Below are positions 45,991 to 55,230 of a DNA stretch of 60,274 nt, one piece after another. Position 1 is the first letter of the stretch; every line of letters begins with the position of its first letter. The notes below the pieces were generated by a model. It ran no database searches, was not told the DNA's origin, and was given only the letters and a program-made list of their open reading frames with translations. The position numbers were made by a program, and so were the translations under genes. The DNA is from a virus: IMG/VR virus record IMGVR_UViG_3300045988_172523; one strand, 5' to 3'.

Positions 45991-46260
45991 TCACTGGGCA
46001 GGAAAAAGTTCCAGTTGGGCAGCGGTCAGACGAGGAGCCTTGACCTTGGGTATGGGACGGATGGGGCGGTCGCTTCCTTCCCGCGTCTTCCGGCGGATGA
46101 TGGTCATGATACGCTCCTCGGATATAAAGAATTCACGCTCCGACAACACTTTCAAAGCATCGTCGAACCGCAGCCGCTGCACTTCGGTCCAATAGTAGTA
46201 ACGACGGCACAGTGCCTCGTCACGCAGCTTGATCAGTTCTTTATCCCGTCCTTTACCCAT
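45991..46260 (-). CDS. Small DNA-binding regulator, candidate middle/late activator (Mor/C-like by position)
   Basis: Has its own TATTTTTG promoter after the early-operon terminator. Sigma-region-4-like pattern (RDEALCRRYYYW...VLSEREFFISEERIMTII). Confidence 0.4.
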   Translation of the reverse strand: MGKGRDKELIKLRDEALCRRYYYWTEVQRLRFDDALKVLSEREFFISEERIMTIIRRKTREGSDRPIRPIPKVKAPRLTAAQLELFPAQ

Positions 46261-46277
46261 ATACTTGTTTTCTCTTA

Positions 46278-46285
46278 CAAAAATA
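46278..46285 (-). promoter_or_regulatory. -7 promoter box (TATTTTTG on minus strand)
   Basis: Match to TAnnTTTG about 18 nt upstream of the ATG at 46260. Confidence 0.45.
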
Positions 46286-46310
46286 GCTGATTTTCATCGA
46301 ATTTAAGAAC

Positions 46311-46341
46311 AAAAGCGCCGCAATTATAACAACTGCGGCGC
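46311..46341 (-). terminator. Rho-independent terminator ending the early operon (GCGCCGCA ... TGCGGCGC, T run on minus strand)
   Basis: 8-bp GC-rich arms at 46315-46322 and 46334-46341, with AAAA at 46311-46314 on the plus strand. Confidence 0.7.
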
Positions 46342-46370
46342 TTTCTGTTTACAGGGTTAACGGTTTCCGG

Positions 46371-47057
46371 TTACAAACGGCAGAAACTGGGTTCAATGCG
46401 GGTCCATACACCGTTTTCAGGGTTACGGCGGCTGAAGTAGTAGTTGGTGGCATTGCGCTGCACCACGTTGGCTTCCTTGAACAGGCGCATGATGTCTGCG
46501 TACTCTTCATCGAACTTGTCTTCCAGTTCGTAGAGCTTCGAAATGCTCTTGTAGTCCAGATCGCCCATCTTGTTGCGCTCCAGCAGGGTCATGGCCATCT
46601 GATACATCGGATCATCCGAACCTTTCTCACTGTTCTGCATGTAGCGCTTCAGGTAGTCAATCAGACGGTCGGCTGCCATGTCGGCTCGTTCATCGAAGCC
46701 TTTCACCTTGTTGCTTTTCACCTCCAGCCGGAAGTCTCCGTCCGTAATGGTGTAGCTGCGCTGTTCGTCGCTTTTCACCTGGCCGTATTCCTTCATCACC
46801 TTGGTAAAGGCATCGGCTTCTTTTTCCAGCCATCCGCGGAACCCGGTCACGGCATTCACCATCTCAAGGACGTTGGTCTTTACTTCGTGCATAAACTCAC
46901 CGCGTAATGCCTCGTAAGTTTCACGACGGGCGATGCGGTCTTCTTTCTCTTCTTGCTGCAGCTGGGCCATCAGGGCTGCTCGCTGTTCTTTACTCAGGGA
47001 CTTGACGTCCACACTTTGATTGTTCTTTTCCATGTTTAAATCATTTTGAATGTTCAT
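46371..47057 (-). CDS. DUF3164-like Mu-family early protein
   Basis: By-eye similarity to the family (GFDERADMAADRLIDYL..., NYYFSRRNPENGVWTRIEPSF). Early-region position. Confidence 0.45.
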   Translation of the reverse strand: MNIQNDLNMEKNNQSVDVKSLSKEQRAALMAQLQQEEKEDRIARRETYEALRGEFMHEVKTNVLEMVNAVTGFRGWLEKEADAFTKVMKEYGQVKSDEQRSYTITDGDFRLEVKSNKVKGFDERADMAADRLIDYLKRYMQNSEKGSDDPMYQMAMTLLERNKMGDLDYKSISKLYELEDKFDEEYADIMRLFKEANVVQRNATNYYFSRRNPENGVWTRIEPSFCRL

Positions 47058-47071
47058 TACTTGTTTTTATT

Positions 47072-47248
47072 CCTACTCGTTATCCTGCGATTCTGGTTCA
47101 TCGTCTATCAGCATGGCCTCCCCGTTGGCATACGCCCAGTCAGCCAGCTCGTTGAAAAACTCCGCTGCATCCTGGTTCTCCAGATCGGATGTCGTAAGAG
47201 TCACGTCTTTTCTTATGCGCTCAAGCGCTTCATGTGCTTTTTTATCCA
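47072..47248 (-). CDS. Small acidic hypothetical protein (58 aa, below ORF-track cutoff)
   Basis: Hand translation gives MDKKAHEALERIRKDVTLTTSDLENQDAAEFFNELADWAYANGEAMLIDDEPESQDNE. It fills an otherwise empty gap in the operon. Confidence 0.4.
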
Positions 47249-47255
47249 TATTGTT

Positions 47256-47690
47256 CTATTTATCGGTTAAACCTCCTTTTCGTTGGATAGCCCGCAGTTT
47301 GATGGCCAGTTGTTCCAGCTCCGCTGTACTAATCTGAACAAAGGGTTTGCCGGCTATCCGAGGGTTGTTGCAGAATTCGTTCACCCGGTTCCAGTCAGTG
47401 GTGTCTATACCCAACTGTTGCATCAGCTTCAGACATACGCTGCGTTTCCGTCGCAGTTCCTCGCGAAGTTTCTGCCGCCATTCATCCTGCCCGGTCAGTT
47501 TCTCCAAGGCACAGCAGCAGGCTTCATATTCCTTGGAAGTCATTTCACGGAGGCTTTCCGTACGGTCCCACGTGTACTGCAGAACGATTTGCTTCTTTAG
47601 CCCTTCCCGGTCTCCTGTACAGGGCAGCTTGTTGAACAATGCGTAGAACCGGGCGAAATTGGTTACTTCCTGTGCCATGTCATTTACCAT
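47256..47690 (-). CDS. GemA/gp16-like (DUF1018-like) early regulatory protein
   Basis: Size, position and pattern (SLREMTSKEYEACCCALEKL...LGIDTTDW). Confidence 0.4.
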   Translation of the reverse strand: MVNDMAQEVTNFARFYALFNKLPCTGDREGLKKQIVLQYTWDRTESLREMTSKEYEACCCALEKLTGQDEWRQKLREELRRKRSVCLKLMQQLGIDTTDWNRVNEFCNNPRIAGKPFVQISTAELEQLAIKLRAIQRKGGLTDK

Positions 47691-47952
47691 TAAGAATCAT
47701 TTCACATTCCGTTGATTTGGTACTGACACGATAAATTATCTTATCCGGCTTCACTGATTTACCTTTGTATTCAGCCTCAATTTGCTTAGCAAATATCTTT
47801 TTGAACTCATCACCCATTTTAGAAAGTATTTCTTTATTGTACTCCCCGCAAAAACCTATGCGTGAAGATTGGATTTCACGAATTGTTCCTCTATATACCG
47901 TAGCGGTCAACTTCATCACCACAACACCGGTTTCCATTTTTATTTTTCCCAT
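47680..47952 (-). CDS. Hypothetical early protein
   Basis: ORF within the operon, in an AT-richer patch. Confidence 0.4.
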   Translation of the reverse strand: MGKIKMETGVVVMKLTATVYRGTIREIQSSRIGFCGEYNKEILSKMGDEFKKIFAKQIEAEYKGKSVKPDKIIYRVSTKSTECEMILNGK

Positions 47953-47963
47953 ATCGTCTAATT

Positions 47964-48437
47964 TTATTCAAACAACACTTTAATGCCACACGAACTGGCC
48001 ACGTCAAGTTCCAGTTTGGCTCCCTTGCTCAGTTCCCAGTCCTTCAGCATATAGATATAGTCACAAGCCAGCAACTGGGCAATGTCGGCCCGCATGTGGG
48101 CTCTCCAATGAGCTTCATCCGGCAATCCGTTCCTGAAAGGGTTTACAGGATCATAGCCTTGTGCCATCAGTTTCTCCTCGGCACGGCTGAAGGCTTCCTT
48201 GCGCTCATTCATATCATAGTGCGCGATGGCTCCGCTGATGTACACTTTCCCGGCACCGGTCACTTCACCACGTTGAAAAGCCTTGTGTCGTTCCCACCGT
48301 TCTGGAACCACCACACTGTAGTTGCACGATTGGCAGCAGCAGCCTTCTTCTTTCACCGGGAACGGATTGTATCCGTAGCCCTCATACTCTTTGCCGCAGA
48401 TGCAGCACACTTTCTTTTCTTCTTTCTTTTCCATCAC
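47964..48437 (-). CDS. Zn-ribbon plus DUF4406-like (nucleoside deoxyribosyltransferase-like fold) protein
   Basis: CCICGKEY...CCCQSC cysteine pairs, then KVYISGAIAHYDMNERKEAFSRAEEKL. Confidence 0.45.
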   Translation of the reverse strand: MMEKKEEKKVCCICGKEYEGYGYNPFPVKEEGCCCQSCNYSVVVPERWERHKAFQRGEVTGAGKVYISGAIAHYDMNERKEAFSRAEEKLMAQGYDPVNPFRNGLPDEAHWRAHMRADIAQLLACDYIYMLKDWELSKGAKLELDVASSCGIKVLFE

Positions 48438-48655
48438 TTCAAATCTTTAATGTTTATTTGGCAGGACGGATGCCATACCTGGATATTCCGGGCAAACATC
48501 ACATCCCTGGTTTCTATCACTACGTGTCCCTTTGTCTTGGCCCTGCGCAGACGGAGGTCGCTTTGTATGTTACGCTCTACCCAATCGTCCACCACGGCCT
48601 CCGCCTCCTGTCCTTTCAGGAGTATCTGGTACAGCTTATTCTCCCATTCCATCAT
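48434..48655 (-). CDS. Hypothetical early protein
   Basis: Coupled ORF that overlaps at both ends. Confidence 0.4.
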   Translation of the reverse strand: MMEWENKLYQILLKGQEAEAVVDDWVERNIQSDLRLRRAKTKGHVVIETRDVMFARNIQVWHPSCQINIKDLK

Positions 48656-49298
48656 TCAAATAATCCTCCATATTATCGTCCTTCAATGTTTTGGCAGCAC
48701 CTTCTTCCCATATCACGTAGGGTTCACCGGGCTTTTCCATAAAGCGGCTTTTGCACCAGGCTTTGAAACAGCTTACCATGATTTTCACATCGGCATCATA
48801 TTCCACCTTGCGGGCGCTTCTACCTGCCGGATGAAGTCCCTCGGCATGGCTGATGAAGATAAACAGTTTCTTGGGATGACGTTCCTTGAACTCCTTGTAG
48901 GTCTTGTAGTTCAAGCCGCTGTATTGGAAGCTGTCGATAATCACGATGCCGGGACTGCCCCGGCGCTGCAGACGTTCCTCCAGCTGGTCCATCGACTCGC
49001 GGTCAAGGATAACCAACCGCTTGCGCACTTCGTCCATCTTATGCCGTTTCAGGCTCATCTGGAACGAAAGGCCAGTGCTTTCTTCCAGGCTGTCATAGAT
49101 GACACGTCCGAAGCCGCACAGGTACTTGGCCAGCTGCATCACAAAGCTGCTCTTTCCGTTCCCGCTGGCACCCCAGATAATCCAAACGCCGCTCTTGGCA
49201 GGGTTGCCAATCGAGGCTTGCCAAGCCCCGGTAAATTCATACCGGGGTATCTTCATATTCAGCACCTCACCGGGGCTGTAGGCTCTTTTCAGTTTCAT
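48636..49298 (-). CDS. P-loop NTPase (RecA/KaiC-like small ATPase)
   Basis: Walker A GASGNGKSS and Walker B IVIIDSFQ. Confidence 0.6.
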   Translation of the reverse strand: MKLKRAYSPGEVLNMKIPRYEFTGAWQASIGNPAKSGVWIIWGASGNGKSSFVMQLAKYLCGFGRVIYDSLEESTGLSFQMSLKRHKMDEVRKRLVILDRESMDQLEERLQRRGSPGIVIIDSFQYSGLNYKTYKEFKERHPKKLFIFISHAEGLHPAGRSARKVEYDADVKIMVSCFKAWCKSRFMEKPGEPYVIWEEGAAKTLKDDNMEDYLNDGMGE

Positions 49299-50176
49299 GC
49301 TTGCATCCTCCTTAATTTTTCGATTTCGGTATATACGCGCCGCAAGCCGCCTCCGGTGCTGTGAACAATCTTGGCAATGTCGGCACCGTCCGGGGCATTG
49401 ATTTTGGCCACGATGGCAGCCTGTGCCTTCAGGAATTTTTCTCGTTCCTGTGCATCATCCGGGGTCACCTTGCTGTAGGAGTCACCGTAGCGACTCAACA
49501 TTTCGGTATAACCCACCTTCTTGCCTTCGATGGCGCGGTTGATCTTTTCCTTCAGCCCGTCTGCACCCATCATATACCACGCACAGCAGCGCTCGGTGGC
49601 GTTCCACAGGGCCTTCAGTTCAAGGAAGGCTTCATACTGCAGGTCCCCGGCTTCATCCAGAATAACCAGGGGCGTATCTATCGTGCGGAGGTAAGCCACC
49701 AGATCCTCATACACGTCGCTGTAGCGTCCGTTGCTGGTCACGCCGAATTCCTTGGCAATGTAGCGTATCAGCTTCAACTTGGTCTTCACTTGGCTGCAGT
49801 CCACATATACGGCGTGCTTGTGCTGCTTCACGTAAGCTTTGGCCGTAAAAGTCTTGCCGATATTGGGCATATCGCACAGGATGGCGCTCAGCCCGCTTCC
49901 CTGGCACACTTCCAGCTGCTTGCTCACAAACACATAGGTCGGGGTCTGTGCTGCCTGCCAGGGCATTTCCGTACGCAGTTGCACGCCCAGTCTTCGGGCT
50001 ATGCCTACCCAGTTGGCATCACTGACCTGCTTTTCATAATTGCCCCGCTTGATGGTATTGTACACACTGGGGGCTATGCCCAGTGCCGTAGCATGACGGT
50101 TGTCACTGGGATAATTTTCACGGTCGGCGGCTATCGCTGCCACAATACGTTGCTTTACTTCATTTGTTATTTCCAT
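49295..50176 (-). CDS. MuB-like AAA+ transposition ATPase
   Basis: N-terminal HTH-like region, Walker A MPNIGKT and Walker B LVILDEAGD. Lies directly downstream of the transposase. Confidence 0.75.
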   Translation of the reverse strand: MEITNEVKQRIVAAIAADRENYPSDNRHATALGIAPSVYNTIKRGNYEKQVSDANWVGIARRLGVQLRTEMPWQAAQTPTYVFVSKQLEVCQGSGLSAILCDMPNIGKTFTAKAYVKQHKHAVYVDCSQVKTKLKLIRYIAKEFGVTSNGRYSDVYEDLVAYLRTIDTPLVILDEAGDLQYEAFLELKALWNATERCCAWYMMGADGLKEKINRAIEGKKVGYTEMLSRYGDSYSKVTPDDAQEREKFLKAQAAIVAKINAPDGADIAKIVHSTGGGLRRVYTEIEKLRRMQA

Positions 50177-50212
50177 TTGAATGCTGTTTTAAATTCGTTC
50201 TAACGTCGTTAA

Positions 50213-52321
50213 TTATATCTTGGCTACTGCATCATGCTCGAAGGCACTGATGTCCATATAGGCTGAGTAATCTTCTTCCTCGGCTTGTGCAGGAAGGGGA
50301 ACGGCTTCCGCCTGTACCTCTGTTATCAGCTTTGCTTCCTCTTTGGCAAGGATACCCACACGCTTGATCTTTCCGTCCTTCATCATCTTGTCGAACTTGG
50401 CTACATACTTGGCCTGTTCGGTATAGGCTGCCTTGTCGTACTCGGTCTGCTCGGCGGTGGCTTCATTGTAACGTTTCACCTTCTGGCAGGTGTCTATTAA
50501 CCGGCCATGCTGATATACATAAATTTCCTGCACATTACCGTCTGCGCCTGCCAGCCAATAGGCATCCACTTGGTAGTTGCGCGGTTCCAACCGGTCTATT
50601 ACGTTCGGGTCGGACAGACGATATACTTCATGGTTTACCGTCAAATAGGCATTCTGCCGGATGGACGTTTCGGTATGCTCACCGATATACCGGTACAACA
50701 CCGCTTTATCCCAAGGACGAAGATCCGGGTTCTGTGTTCCACAAAGCACATCCCAACGCGTCATGCCAGGATATTTCTTTTGATTGGGGTGCGGCTGGTT
50801 GTTCCATTCTTTGATGGAAGCAATATCATCAGCCACAAGCTGCTCGTAAGTATAGGTAGGCACCCGATAGGTGTTGTTCAGTTCGTCATATACCTTTTCC
50901 ACTTTCGGACGGTTGGCTTCCAGTTTGGCCCACCAGCGGCCGATATTCTGCTGAGTCCGTTTTTCCACGCTGTACTTCTTGCCGCGGTTCACGTGCTCCT
51001 GGCGTTTCTCACGGCTGTTGCCGGGGTTGCACCAGTGTATGAGGGGAAAAACCACACCGGCTTGCATCAGGCCGTCTGTGAATTTGTTCACCAGATGGTG
51101 TTCCACCTCTATCTGTGCCGGCATATACCAGCCGTTCTGGTCGATGGTCTGAAACATGTTCCTCATACAATCCAGAAACAGGTCCTTGTTCTTGTTCCGG
51201 TTGTAGGCGTATCCTACAACGGCACCGCTTGCCACGTCGCTTACATAATAGGCATGCACATAGTTCCCATCGCGCATAGGTCGCGGAAGGTCTCGGTCGT
51301 CAGCGGAAATCTTGCTGAATGCATATTGCGGCAGGCTGCGCAGATGGTAGGGGCGCTGGGAGTTGTTGAAGTTCCATTGGGTCTGATGAACTTTGGCCAG
51401 CAAGGCAATGGTCTTGGGCTGTTTCAATATGTTGGCTATCGTAGCTTTGCTCAAAACCACCGGATTCCCGCTTTTGTCAGTGAAGTCTTCAGGGTTGAAG
51501 ATTTCACCCGTTTCCGGATCGTAGGCTTCGCAGTTCCCTGTCACAAACTGGTTATACATTTCTGCCACTACGGTATCATAAGGGTGCTCCGCTTGGGCGG
51601 CAAGACCACGGACCAGGTCTTCAATCTTATAAGTCACCTTCCTTCGGTTCTGGTTCATGAACTTGCGGCTGATAAGGCTTTCATAGCCGTTGGACTTGAA
51701 GTCATTCACACGCTTCTTGAAGCGGTTGGAACTCACGGGCAGGGTATGCCCGAACTCTGCCTGATAGTAGCTGATGGCTCCTGCCAGCTCGCCCCAGTTC
51801 ACCGGACCGGCCTTCATGGCCTTGCGCATAAAGGTGGCATCGTCCATCGCACGAAGCACGGCTTCAATGACCGAAGCGTTCACCGTATATTCCTGGATGT
51901 GTTCCGGCGGCAGGGTGTCGCCGTTGTCAAAGCGGAACCGGGTGTAGAATTCCCGGGCTTTCGCATCGATGTGGTAATGACCGATAAACCAGTTTCTCAA
52001 AATATCTTCTTTCATTTCTCCGTATTTTAATTTTATCCGTTCCTGAAATCGCAGGGGCATGGTGGCAATCTCTATCAGTGCATAACTTCCAAGCCCCTTG
52101 CCTTGTCGCACTACGTTGATTTCTTTCCTGGCCGCCAGCTTCTTGTAATTGGGTACCGACATGATGGGAGCAAGTTCTTCCATGGAAAGCATGGAGGGAT
52201 GATGTCCTCGCAGCGCACGGCTCTTGCTGTAGTCGGCCTTTCCGTCTTCCCGAATCACCGGGCGGTCATCGTAGGTCAAATCCTTGTATGATATGCACAA
52301 TATCTTTCCATAATACTCCAT
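50213..52321 (-). CDS. MuA-like DDE transposase (702 aa)
   Basis: The largest early gene. Candidate DDE residues lie in SADDRDL, YYVSDVASG and PGNSREKRQEH contexts. Paired with the MuB-like ATPase and the repeated end motifs. Confidence 0.75.
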   Translation of the reverse strand: MEYYGKILCISYKDLTYDDRPVIREDGKADYSKSRALRGHHPSMLSMEELAPIMSVPNYKKLAARKEINVVRQGKGLGSYALIEIATMPLRFQERIKLKYGEMKEDILRNWFIGHYHIDAKAREFYTRFRFDNGDTLPPEHIQEYTVNASVIEAVLRAMDDATFMRKAMKAGPVNWGELAGAISYYQAEFGHTLPVSSNRFKKRVNDFKSNGYESLISRKFMNQNRRKVTYKIEDLVRGLAAQAEHPYDTVVAEMYNQFVTGNCEAYDPETGEIFNPEDFTDKSGNPVVLSKATIANILKQPKTIALLAKVHQTQWNFNNSQRPYHLRSLPQYAFSKISADDRDLPRPMRDGNYVHAYYVSDVASGAVVGYAYNRNKNKDLFLDCMRNMFQTIDQNGWYMPAQIEVEHHLVNKFTDGLMQAGVVFPLIHWCNPGNSREKRQEHVNRGKKYSVEKRTQQNIGRWWAKLEANRPKVEKVYDELNNTYRVPTYTYEQLVADDIASIKEWNNQPHPNQKKYPGMTRWDVLCGTQNPDLRPWDKAVLYRYIGEHTETSIRQNAYLTVNHEVYRLSDPNVIDRLEPRNYQVDAYWLAGADGNVQEIYVYQHGRLIDTCQKVKRYNEATAEQTEYDKAAYTEQAKYVAKFDKMMKDGKIKRVGILAKEEAKLITEVQAEAVPLPAQAEEEDYSAYMDISAFEHDAVAKI

Positions 52322-52332
52322 TTCATTGCTGT

Positions 52333-52758
52333 TTATAAGGCAGCTGCCATCTGTTGGGTCTCGTGCTGCAGCTGCATGAAGTCTGATACAAACTCACATT
52401 GGTAGGTTTCGGTCCGTTTTCCGTCCACGTACACGTCCACATCGTTGGTCTTCCGGTGGACTACCAGCTTTACACGGGGACCGAAGGTGCAGGTCATGGT
52501 ATGCTCACACTCCTCGAAGGTGGTTTCGCAGTTCGGAATGAAGTTCCCGTCAGTCAGTTTGCCGCCTCGCTTCAGGGCAAGAGTGCGTATCCGGCGCGCC
52601 TGATCGCTGTCACGGACAAAATTCAGTGCTTGCCACACAGCCTGACGGCTGCATCCGAATGTCTTCATCAAGAAGGTCTTGGTCTCGTTATCTGTCAAAA
52701 TCTGCTTTCTCATATCGTCATACTTTTTAATCGTTATCGTTCGTTCAAAGGTTTTCAA
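52333..52758 (-). CDS. Ner-like/HTH early protein
   Basis: FLMKTFGCSRQAVWQALNF HTH-like segment. Lies immediately upstream of the transposase. Confidence 0.45.
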   Translation of the reverse strand: MKTFERTITIKKYDDMRKQILTDNETKTFLMKTFGCSRQAVWQALNFVRDSDQARRIRTLALKRGGKLTDGNFIPNCETTFEECEHTMTCTFGPRVKLVVHRKTNDVDVYVDGKRTETYQCEFVSDFMQLQHETQQMAAAL

Positions 52759-52774
52759 CGGCTTCCGCTATTTC

Positions 52775-53041
52775 CTAATCACCCGTCAGTATTTCATGAA
52801 GGCGTGTCCCTTTCTGCAGTTCTTCGACCAGCACCTGCATCGCTTCCTCACACACACAGCTCACATTCTCTATCACCCGGTAGGCATCCGAGTTGCTTAT
52901 CTCATCCTCCGTCATGAATTGTCCAACCAGCTCCATCGCCTGGTCGGCAATATTCTGCGTATGTGCCGTACTGCCTATCATCGTGCGCAACTTCTGTTTG
53001 AACAGACTCTCTGCTGTTCTCGGATTGAAATTCTTTGCCAT
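52775..53041 (-). CDS. Hypothetical early protein
   Basis: ORF in the early operon. Confidence 0.4.
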   Translation of the reverse strand: MAKNFNPRTAESLFKQKLRTMIGSTAHTQNIADQAMELVGQFMTEDEISNSDAYRVIENVSCVCEEAMQVLVEELQKGTRLHEILTGD

Positions 53042-53200
53042 AACTCTAAATTTTAAAAGTTTATATCGTGGGGCGCGGGGAATCGAACCCCGGCGGCTTT
53101 CTACGCTTTCTTATTTCGCTTTCTCATTTTCTATTTACCAACTTTCCGGCCGTGCCTGCCGCCCCTGCCCGTCTTTCCGGGCTGCCAGTTATCCGGCAAT

Positions 53201-53623
53201 CTATTTGCCTTGTTCTTCTATCATCGAAAGGACAACCTTCCTGTCTTCATCCCAAAGCGGAAGCCCCAATTCGATGGTTCGTTTCACCACTTCCACCTCA
53301 CCGGCCAGCCTTACCGCTTCTTTGCGGAAATCGGTATCGTCATACGCATGTGCCTTGCCAATCAGAAAGTCGGCAAGGTCGCTGTTACGTTGCCGCATGG
53401 ACTCCTTCAGGTTGGCGTTTGTGTCCTCCAACACCCCTAAGCGAATGCCGATTTCTTGGAGCGACCGCCGGATTCCTCCGCTCGTTGGGTCGTTCATCTC
53501 TTTAAACTCCTTGCAGAAGTCATCCTTATACATATCTGTGGCCATATAAAGCCGGTCTATAATGGCAAATGTTTCTGCATTTACCGCGCATTGGGTTCTT
53601 TCCTCAAATTCTTGCTGTGTCAT
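53201..53623 (-). CDS. Hypothetical early protein
   Basis: ORF in the early operon. Confidence 0.4.
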   Translation of the reverse strand: MTQQEFEERTQCAVNAETFAIIDRLYMATDMYKDDFCKEFKEMNDPTSGGIRRSLQEIGIRLGVLEDTNANLKESMRQRNSDLADFLIGKAHAYDDTDFRKEAVRLAGEVEVVKRTIELGLPLWDEDRKVVLSMIEEQGK

Positions 53624-53644
53624 AATCTCACTTATTTTATTGTA

Positions 53645-53860
53645 TTATTCTGCATCTTCAATTTTGAAAGAAAAGCACTTATCCGCCAATACTTTTTTTA
53701 CAAAGTCTAAGTCGTATCTATCAGCCGAAAAGAAAACTGCCTGATAATCTACACTGGGATAAGCCTTGATTGCTGTTGTATCCACCATCTTCTTGACCAG
53801 CCCGTAAAGAGTTTCGGCGGTCTCAGCTGTTGCTTGAGCTATAATTACTTTTGCTTTCAT
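53645..53860 (-). CDS. First early-operon protein (hypothetical)
   Basis: ORF divergent from the repressor gene. Confidence 0.4.
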   Translation of the reverse strand: MKAKVIIAQATAETAETLYGLVKKMVDTTAIKAYPSVDYQAVFFSADRYDLDFVKKVLADKCFSFKIEDAE

Positions 53861-53902
53861 TTACTTTAATCCTTAAAATTCGCTAATCACACGCCTTTTT
53901 TG

Positions 53903-53950
53903 TATATTTGGCGCGCTGTTTACATCTTAAACACGCTGCAAATATAGTGA
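53903..53950. promoter_or_regulatory. Repressor/early switch region: plus-strand TATATTTG (53903..53910) and minus-strand TATATTTG (53939..53946) boxes
   Basis: Two oppositely oriented TAnnTTTG matches lie in the 152-nt gap between divergent genes. Confidence 0.5.
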
Positions 53951-54012
53951 CTTCTCACGAATAAACAAATAAAATATCGAGAAATGTCACGACTAATTTA
54001 AATTATTAAGCT

Positions 54013-54780
54013 ATGAAGTCAACAATTCACGATAGAATAAGTGAGATAGTAGAACATTTTGGCAACGGAAAGAATACTGTAATCGCTTCGAAATTAGGCG
54101 TAAGCGAAGGTAATATACGAGGATATGTAAAGAATGTCATGCCAAAGCATGATTTTTTGGAGAAAATAGTGAGATGTTTCGATGTAGATTCAACTTGGCT
54201 TCTTACAGGTATTGGAACTATGCTTAAAGAGGATTCTAACAGCATTCAAACAACAAAAGAATCAACCCCTTCTGAGCTACCTGCTACTTCTGATGACGCA
54301 TCTGCCGACACACCTGGCACCGCCCATGCACCCGAAGCCGTCGCTGTTTCAATTTCCCAAAAAGAAAAGCAGACCATGAAGCCAATCCCGTTGGTCACGG
54401 AAACCGCAGCAGCTGGTTTTGGCAACTGTGACTTTGCCATCGCAGAACAGGATGTCAAGGATTACTATGTCATCCCGAAATTCCGCTACAGCCGAGTCGA
54501 TTTCATGATCGAAATATCCGGACTATCCATGCACCCTCATTTCAATCCCGGAGACATCATAGCCTGCACCATCCTCACCGATCGAAAGTTCCTTCAGTGG
54601 AACAAGTGCCACGTCATTGCCACTCGCGAGCAAGGCATTCTTGTCAAACGTCTTATGCCAAGCAAGCAGAAAAACTGCCTCACTGCCATATCCGACAACA
54701 AGGACTACCCTCCATTCGATATTCCGCTGGATGAAATCACAGGCATCGCACTTGTGGTCGGATCTGTCAGCCTCGAATAA
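54013..54780 (+). CDS. Phage repressor, HTH plus S24 (LexA/CI-like) autopeptidase domain
   Basis: N-terminal HTH (VIASKLGVSEGNIRGYV). C-terminal GLSMHPHFNPGD (Ser) and ILVKRL (Lys). Confidence 0.8.
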   Translation: MKSTIHDRISEIVEHFGNGKNTVIASKLGVSEGNIRGYVKNVMPKHDFLEKIVRCFDVDSTWLLTGIGTMLKEDSNSIQTTKESTPSELPATSDDASADTPGTAHAPEAVAVSISQKEKQTMKPIPLVTETAAAGFGNCDFAIAEQDVKDYYVIPKFRYSRVDFMIEISGLSMHPHFNPGDIIACTILTDRKFLQWNKCHVIATREQGILVKRLMPSKQKNCLTAISDNKDYPPFDIPLDEITGIALVVGSVSLE

Positions 54781-55025
54781 GCCTTCCACACTCAGGCATC
54801 AACACATAGGCGCATTTCACACGATACACGCAGCCGCCTCCCAAACACGGCGCACGCACACTCTTTGGAAGGCTATTTCAGGATACCAGAGCGTAAAATC
54901 GCTGAAAATCAAAGGTTTCATGCTTATATATATAATGTATGCCAACAAATAAATGTCGTTTTTCCTATCTGAAAACAGCAAAAAACGGCACTTATTTACA
55001 TTGGCAACCCTTTTTCCTATTTCGG

Positions 55026-55119
55026 GTGTACCCTCTAAAAACCGAAAAAGTAACCCTAAAAGTAACCCTAAACTCATTAAAGTAGTAACCCTAAACAGTA
55101 ACCGTAATAGTAACCCTAA
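55026..55119 (+). repeat. Array of five phased GTAACC(C/G)TAA direct repeats plus one degenerate copy
   Basis: Copies at 55050, 55062, 55085, 55098 and 55110, spaced 12, 23, 13 and 12 nt. A degenerate GTACCCTCTAA sits at 55028. Confidence 0.75.
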
Positions 55120-55230
55120 ACTCAAAATTACCACCCGTAAGGGCATAAAAAAAGGGGAGCCGTAAGCTCCCCAATCAGCATTCAAAGAAATAACGCCTAC
55201 AAGCCTTTCTAACGGCGTTATTATGTCGTT

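Noticed and set aside
48096-52030. Plus-strand ORFs 48096..49364, 49361..50203 and 50507..52030 opposite the early operon
   Set aside because: They are antisense to the MuA-like, MuB-like and ATPase genes, which carry Walker and DDE motifs. Their translations are low complexity.
53067-53095. tRNA gene on the minus strand
   Set aside because: Only the T-arm and the acceptor 3-prime strand are convincing. No anticodon stem-loop can be drawn, and the 5-prime partner lies about 96 nt away. It is kept as a low-interest finding, not as a tRNA feature.
54781-54873. GCCTTCCA ... TGGAAGGC inverted pair after the repressor gene as a terminator
   Set aside because: The arms are separated by a 77-nt loop and no T run follows. 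It is not a convincing intrinsic terminator.
55026-55119. Possible CRISPR array
   Set aside because: The repeat unit is only 10 nt with 2-13 nt between copies. No spacer-sized unique segments and no cas genes are present.
54817-55185. ORFs 54817..55185 (minus) and 54953..55165 (plus)
   Set aside because: Their periodic peptide repeats (LLLRLLFRV, SNPKSNPK) simply mirror the GTAACCCTAA iteron array. The region is treated as non-coding.
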